DNA from: Hyphomicrobiales bacterium | GTDB taxonomy: Bacteria; Pseudomonadota; Alphaproteobacteria; Rickettsiales; JACKKO01 | NCBI GenBank assembly: GCA_024236395.1 | Contig: JACKKO010000001.1 | Location: forward strand, 17,345 to 81,344 | Length of the DNA: 64,000 bases | Direction: 5' to 3' | Part shown: positions 21,741 through 30,786 of the stretch, one piece after another | Numbering within the stretch: the first letter of the stretch is position 1 | Layout: the number at the start of each line of letters is the position of its first letter | Notes under the pieces: generated by a model | What the model was told of the DNA's origin: nothing | The model's database searches: none | The model's input: the letters and a program-made list of their open reading frames with translations, nothing else | Translations under genes and position numbers: made by a program

Positions 21741-22533
21741 CGGCAAACCCCCGTTGCGTTTTGCGGAACCAGACATAGCCTGAGATTGCCACCAATATGG
21801 AGACTGCCAGATATTTCAGCCACACACTCCATAGCGGCACCTGCCCCCACAGCGTCACCCGGCGCAATTCATCCACGATATAGGAAAGCGGGTTGAAGTA
21901 TACATAATCTCGCACCAATTCCGGCAAGGCCTCCGCGGGATAAAAGATCGTACTCAGAAATAGCAGGATGGTGGTCAGCACACTCATCAGCTGCGCAATA
22001 TCACGCAGATACACCCCGAGCGAGGCCAGCCACCAGCCCACTCCCAGCATGAGCACCACAAACGGGAGCAACACCACTGGCACATAAAGCGCTGTCCAGG
22101 GGATACTGCCCATGATCCAGAACATCCCGGCAAACAGCACCGCCAGCCCGACCAAAAACTGGAACCCGGCGCGCCCCACCAGCACCGGCATAAGCACCGG
22201 AAGAGGAAACACCACGCGTTTGACGTAATTACTATTGGAAAGAACCAGCGCAGGCGCTCCCATCAGGATTTCCGAGAACCAGCCATGTAGCAACAGGCCA
22301 GAGAACAGCATCAGGGAAAAACCGGCATTATTCTCCGCCGCAATCAACGGCGTCCCGCCCCAGCGCGCTTTAAATACAAACCCGAATACCAGCGTATACA
22401 CGCCCAGCATCAAAAGCGGCGTTACCAGCGCCCAGAGCACCCCCAATACTGAGCCGCGATACCGGGCGGCGATCTCCCGCCGCGTCAGCGTCCATAACAG
22501 GAAGAACCGCGAAGAGTACGTACCCGCCGCCAT
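21730..22533 (-). CDS. wzm: ABC-2 type transporter permease (Wzm-like)
   Basis: 267 aa, six predicted TM helices, and the N-terminal LTRREIAARYRGSVLGVLWA motif typical of ABC-2 permeases. Confidence 0.85.
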   Translation of the reverse strand: MAAGTYSSRFFLLWTLTRREIAARYRGSVLGVLWALVTPLLMLGVYTLVFGFVFKARWGGTPLIAAENNAGFSLMLFSGLLLHGWFSEILMGAPALVLSNSNYVKRVVFPLPVLMPVLVGRAGFQFLVGLAVLFAGMFWIMGSIPWTALYVPVVLLPFVVLMLGVGWWLASLGVYLRDIAQLMSVLTTILLFLSTIFYPAEALPELVRDYVYFNPLSYIVDELRRVTLWGQVPLWSVWLKYLAVSILVAISGYVWFRKTQRGFADVL

Positions 22534-22542
22534 ATCAGGACG

Positions 22543-23436
22543 CTAGTACGCGCCCGCCTTTCCATCATCCAGCACAAAGTAATAGCCTTGTCCCTTATGC
22601 TGTTGTTTTACCGGCATATCAACACGGTGGTTGATCCCGCTATAATGTGTGATGATCGTCCGGCGCTGAAGATTACGGTTTTTGGGCTCTGTTCCCCGAT
22701 GCATCAGACGCGAATGCCAGATTAGCACATCGCCCTTTTCCGCCAGGAAATACTGCGACTTGATGCCTTTTTCCTTCACCTTGTCTTCAAAAAGCTGTGT
22801 GAGAAACCGTTCGGATTGTTTTGGCCAGGTTTCCTTCCCCCGCTCTTCCGGGGAGATATATTCCAGTACCTTATCGCGCCGCACCAAATCCCATTTATGT
22901 GAGCCCGGTACATATTCAAACGGCCCGGCATCCGGATGAATCGTATCCAGCGCCATCCACACCGCCACATACCAGCCAGCCACCCCCGGCGGGTTCAGAT
23001 ATTCATCCTGGTGCCAGTTGCGCTCGGTACTGACCCAGCCCGTCAGGTTCAGGTGCATCCCCATAGGCTCGCCAAATAACTCTTCCAGCTTGCCTGTCAG
23101 CGGCTGATAAAGGCAAAGGTCTTTAATTTCCTCCACGTTCATGTACGGAATCGGCGTAGGATACCCGCCTGGCAAGTTTAGCCGTTCACGTTTCGCCACA
23201 TAGGCGTCTACCAGATTCTCTGGCAGGAAATCTTTCAGAATGAGGAAGCCCTGATCGCGAAAAATTTTCTGGTCTACAGTCAGCTTGGAAATATCAAGCA
23301 CCTTGCGGTCAATTAGCGGGATGCGATCATCCGGCATATCCTCCACCAGATCGTCCCAACGCGGCATCTGCTCCCATTTCGGGATGTCTGCCTGCGGCTG
23401 TTTCTTCAAGAATTTAAGCATATGTGCCTCTGTCAT
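22543..23436 (-). CDS. Phytanoyl-CoA dioxygenase (PhyH) family Fe(II)/2-oxoglutarate oxygenase
   Basis: HxD facial-triad context WHQDEY and a distal His in WHSRLMHRG. 297 aa. First gene of the wzm-wzt-sulfotransferase operon. Confidence 0.75.
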   Translation of the reverse strand: MTEAHMLKFLKKQPQADIPKWEQMPRWDDLVEDMPDDRIPLIDRKVLDISKLTVDQKIFRDQGFLILKDFLPENLVDAYVAKRERLNLPGGYPTPIPYMNVEEIKDLCLYQPLTGKLEELFGEPMGMHLNLTGWVSTERNWHQDEYLNPPGVAGWYVAVWMALDTIHPDAGPFEYVPGSHKWDLVRRDKVLEYISPEERGKETWPKQSERFLTQLFEDKVKEKGIKSQYFLAEKGDVLIWHSRLMHRGTEPKNRNLQRRTIITHYSGINHRVDMPVKQQHKGQGYYFVLDDGKAGAY

Positions 23437-23493
23437 ATGGGTTAGGCATGCACGGAGTATTACCGGATATCACGCCAAGGGTCAATGCGGGCG

Positions 23494-23856
23494 CTAGCGC
23501 AGGAGTAATGGCATAGTTACCACGCCCCACACCAGCAAGGCCAGTACCACACTTACCAGCACGGCGGCTGAAGCAGCATCCTTGGCCTTACCCGCCAGCG
23601 CGTGATGGTCTTTTGTCACCAGATCTACCACCGCTTCAACCGCGGTATTCATCAACTCGACTACCATCACTAACAGAATCGCACCAAGGAGTAATACCTG
23701 TTCCGAAATGGATACCGGCATCCACCACACCAATGGCAGTGCAACGACTAATGCTACCACCTCCAGCCGAAAAGCCTGTTCCGTTTGCCAGGAGGCCTTA
23801 AGCCCCATAAGAGCATAGGTGGTGGCTGCAATAAGTTTTATGACGACTTTATGCAT
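23494..23856 (-). CDS. dgkA: Diacylglycerol kinase (prokaryotic DgkA)
   Basis: 120 aa, three TM helices, conserved ELMNTAVEAVVD motif. Confidence 0.85.
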   Translation of the reverse strand: MHKVVIKLIAATTYALMGLKASWQTEQAFRLEVVALVVALPLVWWMPVSISEQVLLLGAILLVMVVELMNTAVEAVVDLVTKDHHALAGKAKDAASAAVLVSVVLALLVWGVVTMPLLLR

Positions 23857-23857
23857 T

Positions 23858-26800
23858 TTAAGCCGCTTTGCTTAGACCAATTTTTAGAGCCAGCCCATCC
23901 AGTGCACTTTCTGAAACATGGGTTTCATTGGCAGCATCTTCTGTGCTCAGTGCCTCTGCCAGCGTCTGGGATTGCACATAATCCCGGTTAGCCTCCAGCG
24001 CCGCCCGTACTGTATCCGGGCCTTCCACTGCTAACCGAATCGTATCGGAAATATGCAACCCGGCCGCTTTACGGGCCTCCTGCACCAATCGCACGATATC
24101 CCGCGCGATACCTTCGGCCTTCAGTTCCGGCGTGATTGCCAGATCCAGCACCACCAGCGCGTCGTTGCTGGAGAGCGCCTGTGCGCCCTTGATGCCCGGC
24201 TTTGCTTCCAGCTTGATTTCGTATTCGCCGTCCTGCAGCATTTCGCCCCCGGCTTCCACAGCACCATCGGCGTGCACCTGCCAGTTGCCCTGGCGGGCCG
24301 CACCAGCCACCGCTTTCATTTTTCCACCCAGTCGCTTCCCGGCCACGGGGAAAAAGATCGCCAGCGTACGCTCTGCCACACCTTCCAGCGCATCGGAGAA
24401 CTGCACCTGCTTGACGTTGATTTCATCGGCAATCAGTGCCGCAAAAGGCTTCAGACGTTCCGCCCCCGCGCCCAGGAAAGTGAGGGACGCCAGCGGTTGC
24501 CGCACCTTGGCATTTGCCCGGCTGCGTACCGCCAGTGCGGCGGTACATACATCGCGCACCCGGTCCATATCCGCCATCAGATCAGCCTCTTCCGGAATCG
24601 CCGACACCTCCGGGAAGTCCTGCAGATGGAGGGATGCACTCTCGCCGCCCTGCAATCCCTGCCAGACGGCTTCCAGTGTTAGTGGCAGCAACGGGGCGGC
24701 GGCACGGCACATCAGCTGCAGTACGGTAAGAAGCGTATCATACGCGGCCTGCTTATCCGAATCGGGAATCGAGAACCGGGAATCGGGAATATCGCTTCCT
24801 GATTCCGGTATCGCCCGCCAGAACCGGTCGCGGCTGCGGCGAATATACCAGTTATTCAGCACCTCAAAGAAATCCTGCACCGCCTGGCAGGCATGCGGTG
24901 TATCAAAGGCCGCCAGCGCCGAATCAATCATCTCCACCGCCTGCCGGCATTTGGCGAGGATATAACGGTCCATGAGGCTGGTTGATGATTGATGGTCTGT
25001 GGTTGATAGTGCGAGTAATGACCTGGCCTGCACCCCATCGGCATTGGCATAGAGCGTGAAGAAATGATAGGCGTTCCAGATCGGCTTGATGGCCAGCCGC
25101 ACCACGTCGCGAATATCGCTGCCGTCGGTACTGACAATCAAATCCCCGCCATGCATCACATTACCGGAAATCAGGAACCAGCGCATGGCGTCCGCGCCGT
25201 AGGTATCGAACATCTCCACCGGGTCAGCGTAGTTCTTCAGGCGCTTGGAAAGCTTTTTATGCCGGCCGAATTCGTCTTTCTGCTCGCTCAGGATCACCCC
25301 GTGGCAGATACAGTTCTTAAACGGCTCACGGTCAAATAACGCGGTGGAAAGCACCATCAGCGTATAGAACCAGCCGCGTGTCTGCGCCACATATTCCACG
25401 ATGAAATCCGCCGGGAAATGCTGCTCAAACCAGTCCTTATTTTCAAACGGGTAATGCACCTGCGCAAACGGCATGGAGCCGGACTCAAACCAGCAATCAA
25501 ACACGTCCGGCACGCGCCGCCAGACTTCACCATTTTCCTCTTTTATCAGGCTATCGATGAAGGGCTTATGCAGATCCGTTATTGTATAACGCCCCTGCTC
25601 CGGCTTACTAGCCTCCGCATTGGGCTTTAGCTCAAGGCTGCCGGATTTTACTAAATCCGCTTTTTGTTCCTCGCTCATGCTAGGTAAAAAGAACTCTTCC
25701 AACTCGGCAATGGAGCCAAACACCTTCACCTGCCCGCTCTCATTCTTCCAGACCGGGATCGGCGTTCCCCAGAAGCGGTTACGGGAAATCGACCAGTCCC
25801 GTGCATTTTCCAGCCAGTTGCCAAACAACCCGTCGCGGATATGGCCGGGAATCCAGTGGATATTCTGGTTCAGTTCCACCATGCGCTGCTTGAATTTCGT
25901 TACCTCCACATACCAACTGGGCACCGCTTTATAAATCAGCGGCTTGTCCGTCCGCCAGCAATGGGGATAATTGTGGACAATCACATCCTGCCTGATCAAT
26001 TGCCCGCGCTGCTTCAGCCAGTCGATGATCCGCAGATTCACCAGCCCGAATTTCTGCAGCTGTTCGTCTTTGTACGGCTCATCACCGGCTTTTTCCGTCG
26101 CTGCGATGACATTCAACCCTTGCAGTTTCAAATCCGGCAGATCAAAAATCTCTGCCGTATACGCGCCTTTTTCATCCACCGGACACACGATATCAATCCC
26201 GTGTTCGGCACAGACGCGCTGGTCATCCTCCCCGAATCCCGGCGCCAGATGCACCACGCCCGTGCCCTCGCCCTCTTCAATGAAATCCGCCGGAAGCACC
26301 CTAAACGCCTTCGGCTGGTCTTTGAAATACGGGAACAGCGGCTCATACGAAAGGCCGATGAGTTCATTTCCAGAAATAAATGTAATTCCTGTGTTGGTAA
26401 AATCCTCGATATGCTGCTCCGGAATTAATAGTATGTAGTAATACTCACCGTCATATGAGTATACCTTAACTTGTTTGTTTTTAGACTCTTTTGATTTTTC
26501 TAAAGAATTATTATGATTGAAACCGTAAGATCCCGTTTCAGCTATTAATATTTTATTATTTTTCTTAACTTTCTCATTACTACATCGATATCCTAGACTT
26601 TTAATTGACCTTATAAAGCAATTCTTTCCTTCCAAGTAGACTGCGTAGTCCATCTCTTCACTCACCGCCAACGCCAGATTGCTCGGCAATGTCCAGGGGG
26701 TGGTTGTCCAAGCGAGGAGGTAGTAATTTTCTGCTTCACACACGGCTTTAATTTTTTTTGGTATCTCCTTCAGCTTAAACGCCACGGTGACGGCTTTATC

Positions 26801-27550
26801 CTCACGTTCGCGGTAGGAATTATCAAGCCGGGTTTCAAAATTGGAAAGTGGGGTTTCCGCCGCCCAGCTATAGGGCATCACGCGGTAGGACTCATAAACC
26901 AGCCCTTTTGCATGCAATTGCTTGAATGCCCACAAGACCGATTCCATGTAGTCCCGGTCCATGGTTTTATAGTCATTATCAAAATCCACCCAGCGGGCCA
27001 CCCGGTGAATATAACGTTGCCACTCGCCGGTATATTTCATCACGCTTTCGCGGCAATGCGCGTTGAATTTATCCACACCGAATGCCTCAATCGCCGCCCG
27101 GCCGGAAATCCCCAGTTGCTTCTCCGATTCCATCTCCGCCGGCAGCCCGTGGCAATCCCAGCCAAAGCGGCGCTGCACGCGGTGGCCTTTCATGGTCTGG
27201 TAACGCGGGTACACATCCTTCACGCAAGAAGTCAGCAAATGCCCGTAATGCGGCAACCCGTTGGCAAAGGGCGGGCCATCGTAAAAAATCCATTCGTTGG
27301 TAACATTACCTCCCGCTTCGGCCTCCTTGCCTTCGCAATGAGGCGCGCTCAAGGCTGACTCGGACGTACTGTCCTCGCTCTTATTTCCCGATTCCCGATT
27401 CCCGGTTCCCTGTTCTGGTATTATCGCTGGACGCTGCACAACCGAAGCCTCAAACGTATGCTCGGCGTCCCATTGCTTCAGCACCTGCTCTTCCAGTTTG
27501 GGGAAGTCCGGGCTGGAGATGATATCGGGATAATAGGGTTTTTTGCTCAT
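23858..27550 (-). CDS. ileS: Isoleucine--tRNA ligase, type 2 (eukaryote-like) with lineage-specific insertions
   Basis: HIGH motif PHYGH, KMSKS variant KLSKRLKN, and editing-domain WTTTPWTLPSN. Start placed at MSKKPYYPDI (ATG 27550). The listed ORF continues to 27817, but that extension overlaps the divergent bufA gene. Confidence 0.9.
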   Translation of the reverse strand: MSKKPYYPDIISSPDFPKLEEQVLKQWDAEHTFEASVVQRPAIIPEQGTGNRESGNKSEDSTSESALSAPHCEGKEAEAGGNVTNEWIFYDGPPFANGLPHYGHLLTSCVKDVYPRYQTMKGHRVQRRFGWDCHGLPAEMESEKQLGISGRAAIEAFGVDKFNAHCRESVMKYTGEWQRYIHRVARWVDFDNDYKTMDRDYMESVLWAFKQLHAKGLVYESYRVMPYSWAAETPLSNFETRLDNSYREREDKAVTVAFKLKEIPKKIKAVCEAENYYLLAWTTTPWTLPSNLALAVSEEMDYAVYLEGKNCFIRSIKSLGYRCSNEKVKKNNKILIAETGSYGFNHNNSLEKSKESKNKQVKVYSYDGEYYYILLIPEQHIEDFTNTGITFISGNELIGLSYEPLFPYFKDQPKAFRVLPADFIEEGEGTGVVHLAPGFGEDDQRVCAEHGIDIVCPVDEKGAYTAEIFDLPDLKLQGLNVIAATEKAGDEPYKDEQLQKFGLVNLRIIDWLKQRGQLIRQDVIVHNYPHCWRTDKPLIYKAVPSWYVEVTKFKQRMVELNQNIHWIPGHIRDGLFGNWLENARDWSISRNRFWGTPIPVWKNESGQVKVFGSIAELEEFFLPSMSEEQKADLVKSGSLELKPNAEASKPEQGRYTITDLHKPFIDSLIKEENGEVWRRVPDVFDCWFESGSMPFAQVHYPFENKDWFEQHFPADFIVEYVAQTRGWFYTLMVLSTALFDREPFKNCICHGVILSEQKDEFGRHKKLSKRLKNYADPVEMFDTYGADAMRWFLISGNVMHGGDLIVSTDGSDIRDVVRLAIKPIWNAYHFFTLYANADGVQARSLLALSTTDHQSSTSLMDRYILAKCRQAVEMIDSALAAFDTPHACQAVQDFFEVLNNWYIRRSRDRFWRAIPESGSDIPDSRFSIPDSDKQAAYDTLLTVLQLMCRAAAPLLPLTLEAVWQGLQGGESASLHLQDFPEVSAIPEEADLMADMDRVRDVCTAALAVRSRANAKVRQPLASLTFLGAGAERLKPFAALIADEINVKQVQFSDALEGVAERTLAIFFPVAGKRLGGKMKAVAGAARQGNWQVHADGAVEAGGEMLQDGEYEIKLEAKPGIKGAQALSSNDALVVLDLAITPELKAEGIARDIVRLVQEARKAAGLHISDTIRLAVEGPDTVRAALEANRDYVQSQTLAEALSTEDAANETHVSESALDGLALKIGLSKAA
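24756..24790. repeat. Tandem heptamer array (tccgaat cgggaat cgagaac cgggaat cgggaat) inside ileS
   Basis: Read directly from the sequence. It translates on the coding (minus) strand to IPDSRFSIPDS. Confidence 0.8.
27384..27411. repeat. Tandem heptamer array of the same unit in opposite orientation (tttcccg attcccg attcccg gttccct) inside ileS
   Basis: Its reverse complement shares an identical 18-mer, GAACCGGGAATCGGGAAT, with 24773-24790. It translates to GTGNRESGN. Confidence 0.8.
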
Positions 27551-27571
27551 AGGCAGGGTTTTAGCCTGCCT
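27551..27571 (-). promoter_or_regulatory. Perfect 7-bp-stem hairpin abutting the ileS start codon
   Basis: AGGCAGG-gttttag-CCTGCCT occupies the 21 nt immediately 5' of the ATG. I see no obvious Shine-Dalgarno outside the stem. Confidence 0.3.
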
Positions 27572-27740
27572 GCGGCGGGAATGCCAGTCTTTTTCATTAA
27601 GGCAGCGGAATCCCGTTGGCATTCCGGCAAAAGCCATGTAACCTGCCCGCCGCCTGGCGCGAATACCAGGCAGATCGCCCCCAAATAGGTAATCATTAGG
27701 GGACATCGTTAGCGCAATGTTATTAACAACAGGAGACTGT

Positions 27741-28034
27741 ATGAAGAATTCGACAAAAATGCTGGCCGCCGCGGTGATGACCATGGGTGCTACTTCAGTA
27801 ATCGGCATGGCTGCCACCGCTGAAGAAGGTGCGGAGAAAGAAAAATGCTACGGCATTGTCAAAGCCGGGAAGAATGACTGCGGGGCCGCCGATGGTTCAC
27901 ATTCCTGTGCCGGCAGTGCCACGGCAGATAGCGGTGCCAATGAATGGATTTTCCTGCCCAAGGGCACGTGTGACCGCATTGTCGGCGGTTCTACCACCGC
28001 ACCAGGTGCTGAATCCGACGAATCCGCTTCCTAA
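27741..28034 (+). CDS. bufA: DUF2282 / BufA1-type bufferin RiPP precursor (Sec signal peptide, 4 conserved Cys)
   Basis: AGGAGA RBS 5 nt upstream of ATG 27741. Signal peptide MKNSTKMLAAAVMTMGATSVIGMAATA. Core EKCYGIVKAGKNDCGAADGSHSCAGS...EWIFLPKGTCDRIVGG matches the DUF2282 pattern. Confidence 0.8.
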   Translation: MKNSTKMLAAAVMTMGATSVIGMAATAEEGAEKEKCYGIVKAGKNDCGAADGSHSCAGSATADSGANEWIFLPKGTCDRIVGGSTTAPGAESDESAS

Positions 28035-28062
28035 GCGGTAAGGCGTACGTAGGGGAATCGCT

Positions 28063-28929
28063 GTGTCTGAGCGCATCGTTTCCCCTGCTCCGTCCCTTAC
28101 GGGTGTTGGCATCGGCCTGCGCCACCCCCATTTTCAGGATATCCTTGATACCCAGCCAGAGATTCCCTGGCTGGAAGTCCATCCGGAGAATTATTTTTTC
28201 CCTGGCAGTTCCGCCTGTCACTGGCTGGAGGCGATTCGTGCGCATTACCCCCTAAGCGCCCACTGTGTCGGGCTTTCGCTGGGCTCTGCCACACCGGTGG
28301 ATATGGAACATCTGGCCAGTTTGCAGGGTTTTATCGAACGTTACGCTCCGAGCCTCGTTTCCGACCATCTTTCCTGGAGTGCGGTAGACGGCACCTTCCT
28401 CCCGGATTTACTGCCACTACCCTATACCGAGGAGGCACTAACAGTGCTGTGCCGGAATATTAGCCAGGTGCAGGAATCGCTGAACCGGCAGATTCTGATC
28501 GAGAACCCTTCCAGCTACGCACAGTTTGCCGCCTCTTCCATCCCAGAATGGGAATTCCTTAAAGAAGTGGTGAAACGCAGCGGCTGCGGGTTGTTGCTGG
28601 ATGTGAATAATGTCTATGTCTCGTGTCAGAATCATGGCTGGAATAGTGACGTTTATCTTGAAGCCCTGCCGCACGAAGCGGTGCAGGAGTTGCACCTGGC
28701 AGGGTTCAGTATCTCCATAGAGGGCAATGACCGGCTGCTGATTGATACCCATAGCGCCCCGGTTACCCCGGAGGTGTGGGAGCTCTACGCCCAGGTCATT
28801 CGGAAACTGCCGAACGTACCGACACTCATCGAATGGGATAAAGACATCCCGCCACTGGCGACTTTACTGGCGGAAAAACAGAAGGCCGAAGCGATCGCCC
28901 GGGAGGAAAGTGTTCATCAGGCAACCTGA
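28063..28929 (+). CDS. bufB: DUF692 / MNIO-family (MbnB-like) RiPP maturase, BufB-type
   Basis: 288 aa. N-terminal GIGLRHPHF...[10 protein letters not shown], plus SDHLSW and IENPS motifs of the UPF0276/DUF692 TIM-barrel iron enzymes. It lies directly downstream of the DUF2282 gene. Confidence 0.85.
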   Translation: MSERIVSPAPSLTGVGIGLRHPHFQDILDTQPEIPWLEVHPENYFFPGSSACHWLEAIRAHYPLSAHCVGLSLGSATPVDMEHLASLQGFIERYAPSLVSDHLSWSAVDGTFLPDLLPLPYTEEALTVLCRNISQVQESLNRQILIENPSSYAQFAASSIPEWEFLKEVVKRSGCGLLLDVNNVYVSCQNHGWNSDVYLEALPHEAVQELHLAGFSISIEGNDRLLIDTHSAPVTPEVWELYAQVIRKLPNVPTLIEWDKDIPPLATLLAEKQKAEAIAREESVHQAT

Positions 28930-30785
28930 GATCTGTGGCGTCCCCGCGCATGCGGTTCCTGTTCAAATAATTCCGTCAGTGCGCTGACCATGGTATCACC
29001 CAGCTCGTCAATTTCCCGGATGGTGATGGCCCGGCTATAGTAATCCCCCACATGATGGCCAATACCAATCGCCAACAACTCCACGGCCTGTGCACGCTCA
29101 ATCTCGTGGATGACGTCCCGGAGATGCCGATCTAAATAATCCCCGGTATTGGCGGAAAGCGTACTATCATCCACCGGCGCACCATCGGAAATCACCATCA
29201 GGATTTTACGGTTCTCCGCCCGCGCCAATAACCGCTGATACGCCCAGAGCAACGCTTCACCGTCGATATTCTCTTTCAGCAGCCCTTCCTTGAGCATCAG
29301 CCCCAGATGTTGCCGTGTCCGCCGCCAGGGAGCCCCGGCCGGTTTATACACAATATGGCGGATATCATTCAGCCGTCCGGGGTTCGGTGGGTTACCGGCT
29401 GCCAGCCAGTCCTTCCGCGACTGGCCGCCTTTCCACTCCACCGTGGTAAAGCCGAGCACCTCCACTTTCACCCCGCAGCGCTCCAGCGTCCGCGCGAGGA
29501 TATCCGCGCACAGTGCCGCCACCGTAATGGGCCGCCCGCGCATGGAGCCGGAATTATCAATCAGCAAACTCACCACCGTATCCTTATCCCGCGAAGGATT
29601 CTCCCAGCGATAGGGCGTGGGAAAGGAAGGATCAATAATCAGGTTCGCCAAACGGGATGGATCCAGCATCCCTTCCTCGCGATTATACTCCCAAGAGCGT
29701 AGTTGCTGTGCCAGTAACCGTCGCTGCAACCGGTTGGCCAGACGGTGTGTAATATCCCTGAGGCCCGCCAGACGGTGATCAATCTGCCCGCGCAGACGGG
29801 TTAGTTCCTCTGGGCTCGCCAGCATATCGGCCCGTACCACCTCGTCATACACCACCGTATAGGCGCGGTAAGCCATAGGCTGATTACTCTGTCGCACCTG
29901 ATAACGCGGCATGGCACCGGAGGGGATTTCTGATTCGTCTTCTGCTTCTGATGGTTTAGACGCCACCTTCGGCAATGGTGCCTTATGCTGCGGGTGGGCT
30001 GGGGCCGGGCTGGCGGTTTCCTCCACCATAGGGGCATCCGCACCAGGCAGCGTATCCTCTGCCGGTTGTTCTTCCTGCTCCCCGCTGGCACTGGCTGCCG
30101 ACGCATCCTGTGTTTCCACCTGCTCGCTGGCACCGTGGGGCAGGGAAAGCCGTGCCATCATCTGCAACATCAACCGGGCGAATTGCGCCTGATCCTCCAG
30201 CGCTGTATGTACATCCGGCAGTTGCTTCGCCAACTTCTTATCCAGAATAGCGCCCCAGCTTTTCAGGATGCGTGCCGCTTCCGGCGGCAATGCCTGCCCT
30301 TCCTGCGCACGCAGCAGAATTTCCAGCGCTTCGGCCATCGGCAAATCCTTGATCCGCGCCGGGTCGTGATAGCCATGCTGATAAAAACGCAGCACGTAGG
30401 CCGCTTCCAGATTCTTCGCCGCGCCGGGATAATACTGACTCCCCAGCAATTCCGTCCGTAAGCGTTCCATACGGTCCAGCCATTCTCCGGCAGTCCCTTC
30501 CCCGCGTAATTCCGCGTGGGTATGGGGATTATGCAGGCGCATCCATAACGCGGCGGCGTCGTAATGCCCGCGTGTACGCGCGAGATCTTCCGAGGTCAAT
30601 GGCTCCCGGATAGGAAGCACGGCCTGTTTTTCAGTACGGTCTATTGAAACCGGTGGAAGTACGGAACCGGAAGACACCGGCACGGTCTGGAATACTGTTT
30701 CCTTGATCGCTTCCCCGGCCAGTGCACGAAACGCCGCAGCCAGTGATTCGCGCGCGATGCCGGACTGGTCATCCCCTGATGCCAT
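28917..30785 (-). CDS. cobT: CobT-like protein (aerobic cobaltochelatase subunit homologue, C-terminal vWA domain)
   Basis: C-terminal vWA/MIDAS region ([11 protein letters not shown]). It is paired with cobS, whose stop lies 1 nt before this start. The 3' end overlaps the bufB 3' end by 13 nt (convergent). Confidence 0.8.
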   Translation of the reverse strand: MASGDDQSGIARESLAAAFRALAGEAIKETVFQTVPVSSGSVLPPVSIDRTEKQAVLPIREPLTSEDLARTRGHYDAAALWMRLHNPHTHAELRGEGTAGEWLDRMERLRTELLGSQYYPGAAKNLEAAYVLRFYQHGYHDPARIKDLPMAEALEILLRAQEGQALPPEAARILKSWGAILDKKLAKQLPDVHTALEDQAQFARLMLQMMARLSLPHGASEQVETQDASAASASGEQEEQPAEDTLPGADAPMVEETASPAPAHPQHKAPLPKVASKPSEAEDESEIPSGAMPRYQVRQSNQPMAYRAYTVVYDEVVRADMLASPEELTRLRGQIDHRLAGLRDITHRLANRLQRRLLAQQLRSWEYNREEGMLDPSRLANLIIDPSFPTPYRWENPSRDKDTVVSLLIDNSGSMRGRPITVAALCADILARTLERCGVKVEVLGFTTVEWKGGQSRKDWLAAGNPPNPGRLNDIRHIVYKPAGAPWRRTRQHLGLMLKEGLLKENIDGEALLWAYQRLLARAENRKILMVISDGAPVDDSTLSANTGDYLDRHLRDVIHEIERAQAVELLAIGIGHHVGDYYSRAITIREIDELGDTMVSALTELFEQEPHARGRHRSQVA

Positions 30786-30786
30786 A

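Noticed and set aside
26444-26632. The idea that the ileS AT-rich insertion is a mini-intein. It begins near N-C and contains HN.
   Set aside because: About 60 residues is far below the minimum intein size. The HN is followed by Asn, not by Cys, Ser or Thr. No intein blocks are recognisable.
27551-27817. An 89-codon N-terminal extension of the ileS ORF, giving a 1319-aa product.
   Set aside because: The extension has no IleS similarity and overlaps the divergent, well-supported DUF2282 gene with its RBS. The conserved IleS N-terminus begins at MSKKPYYPDI.
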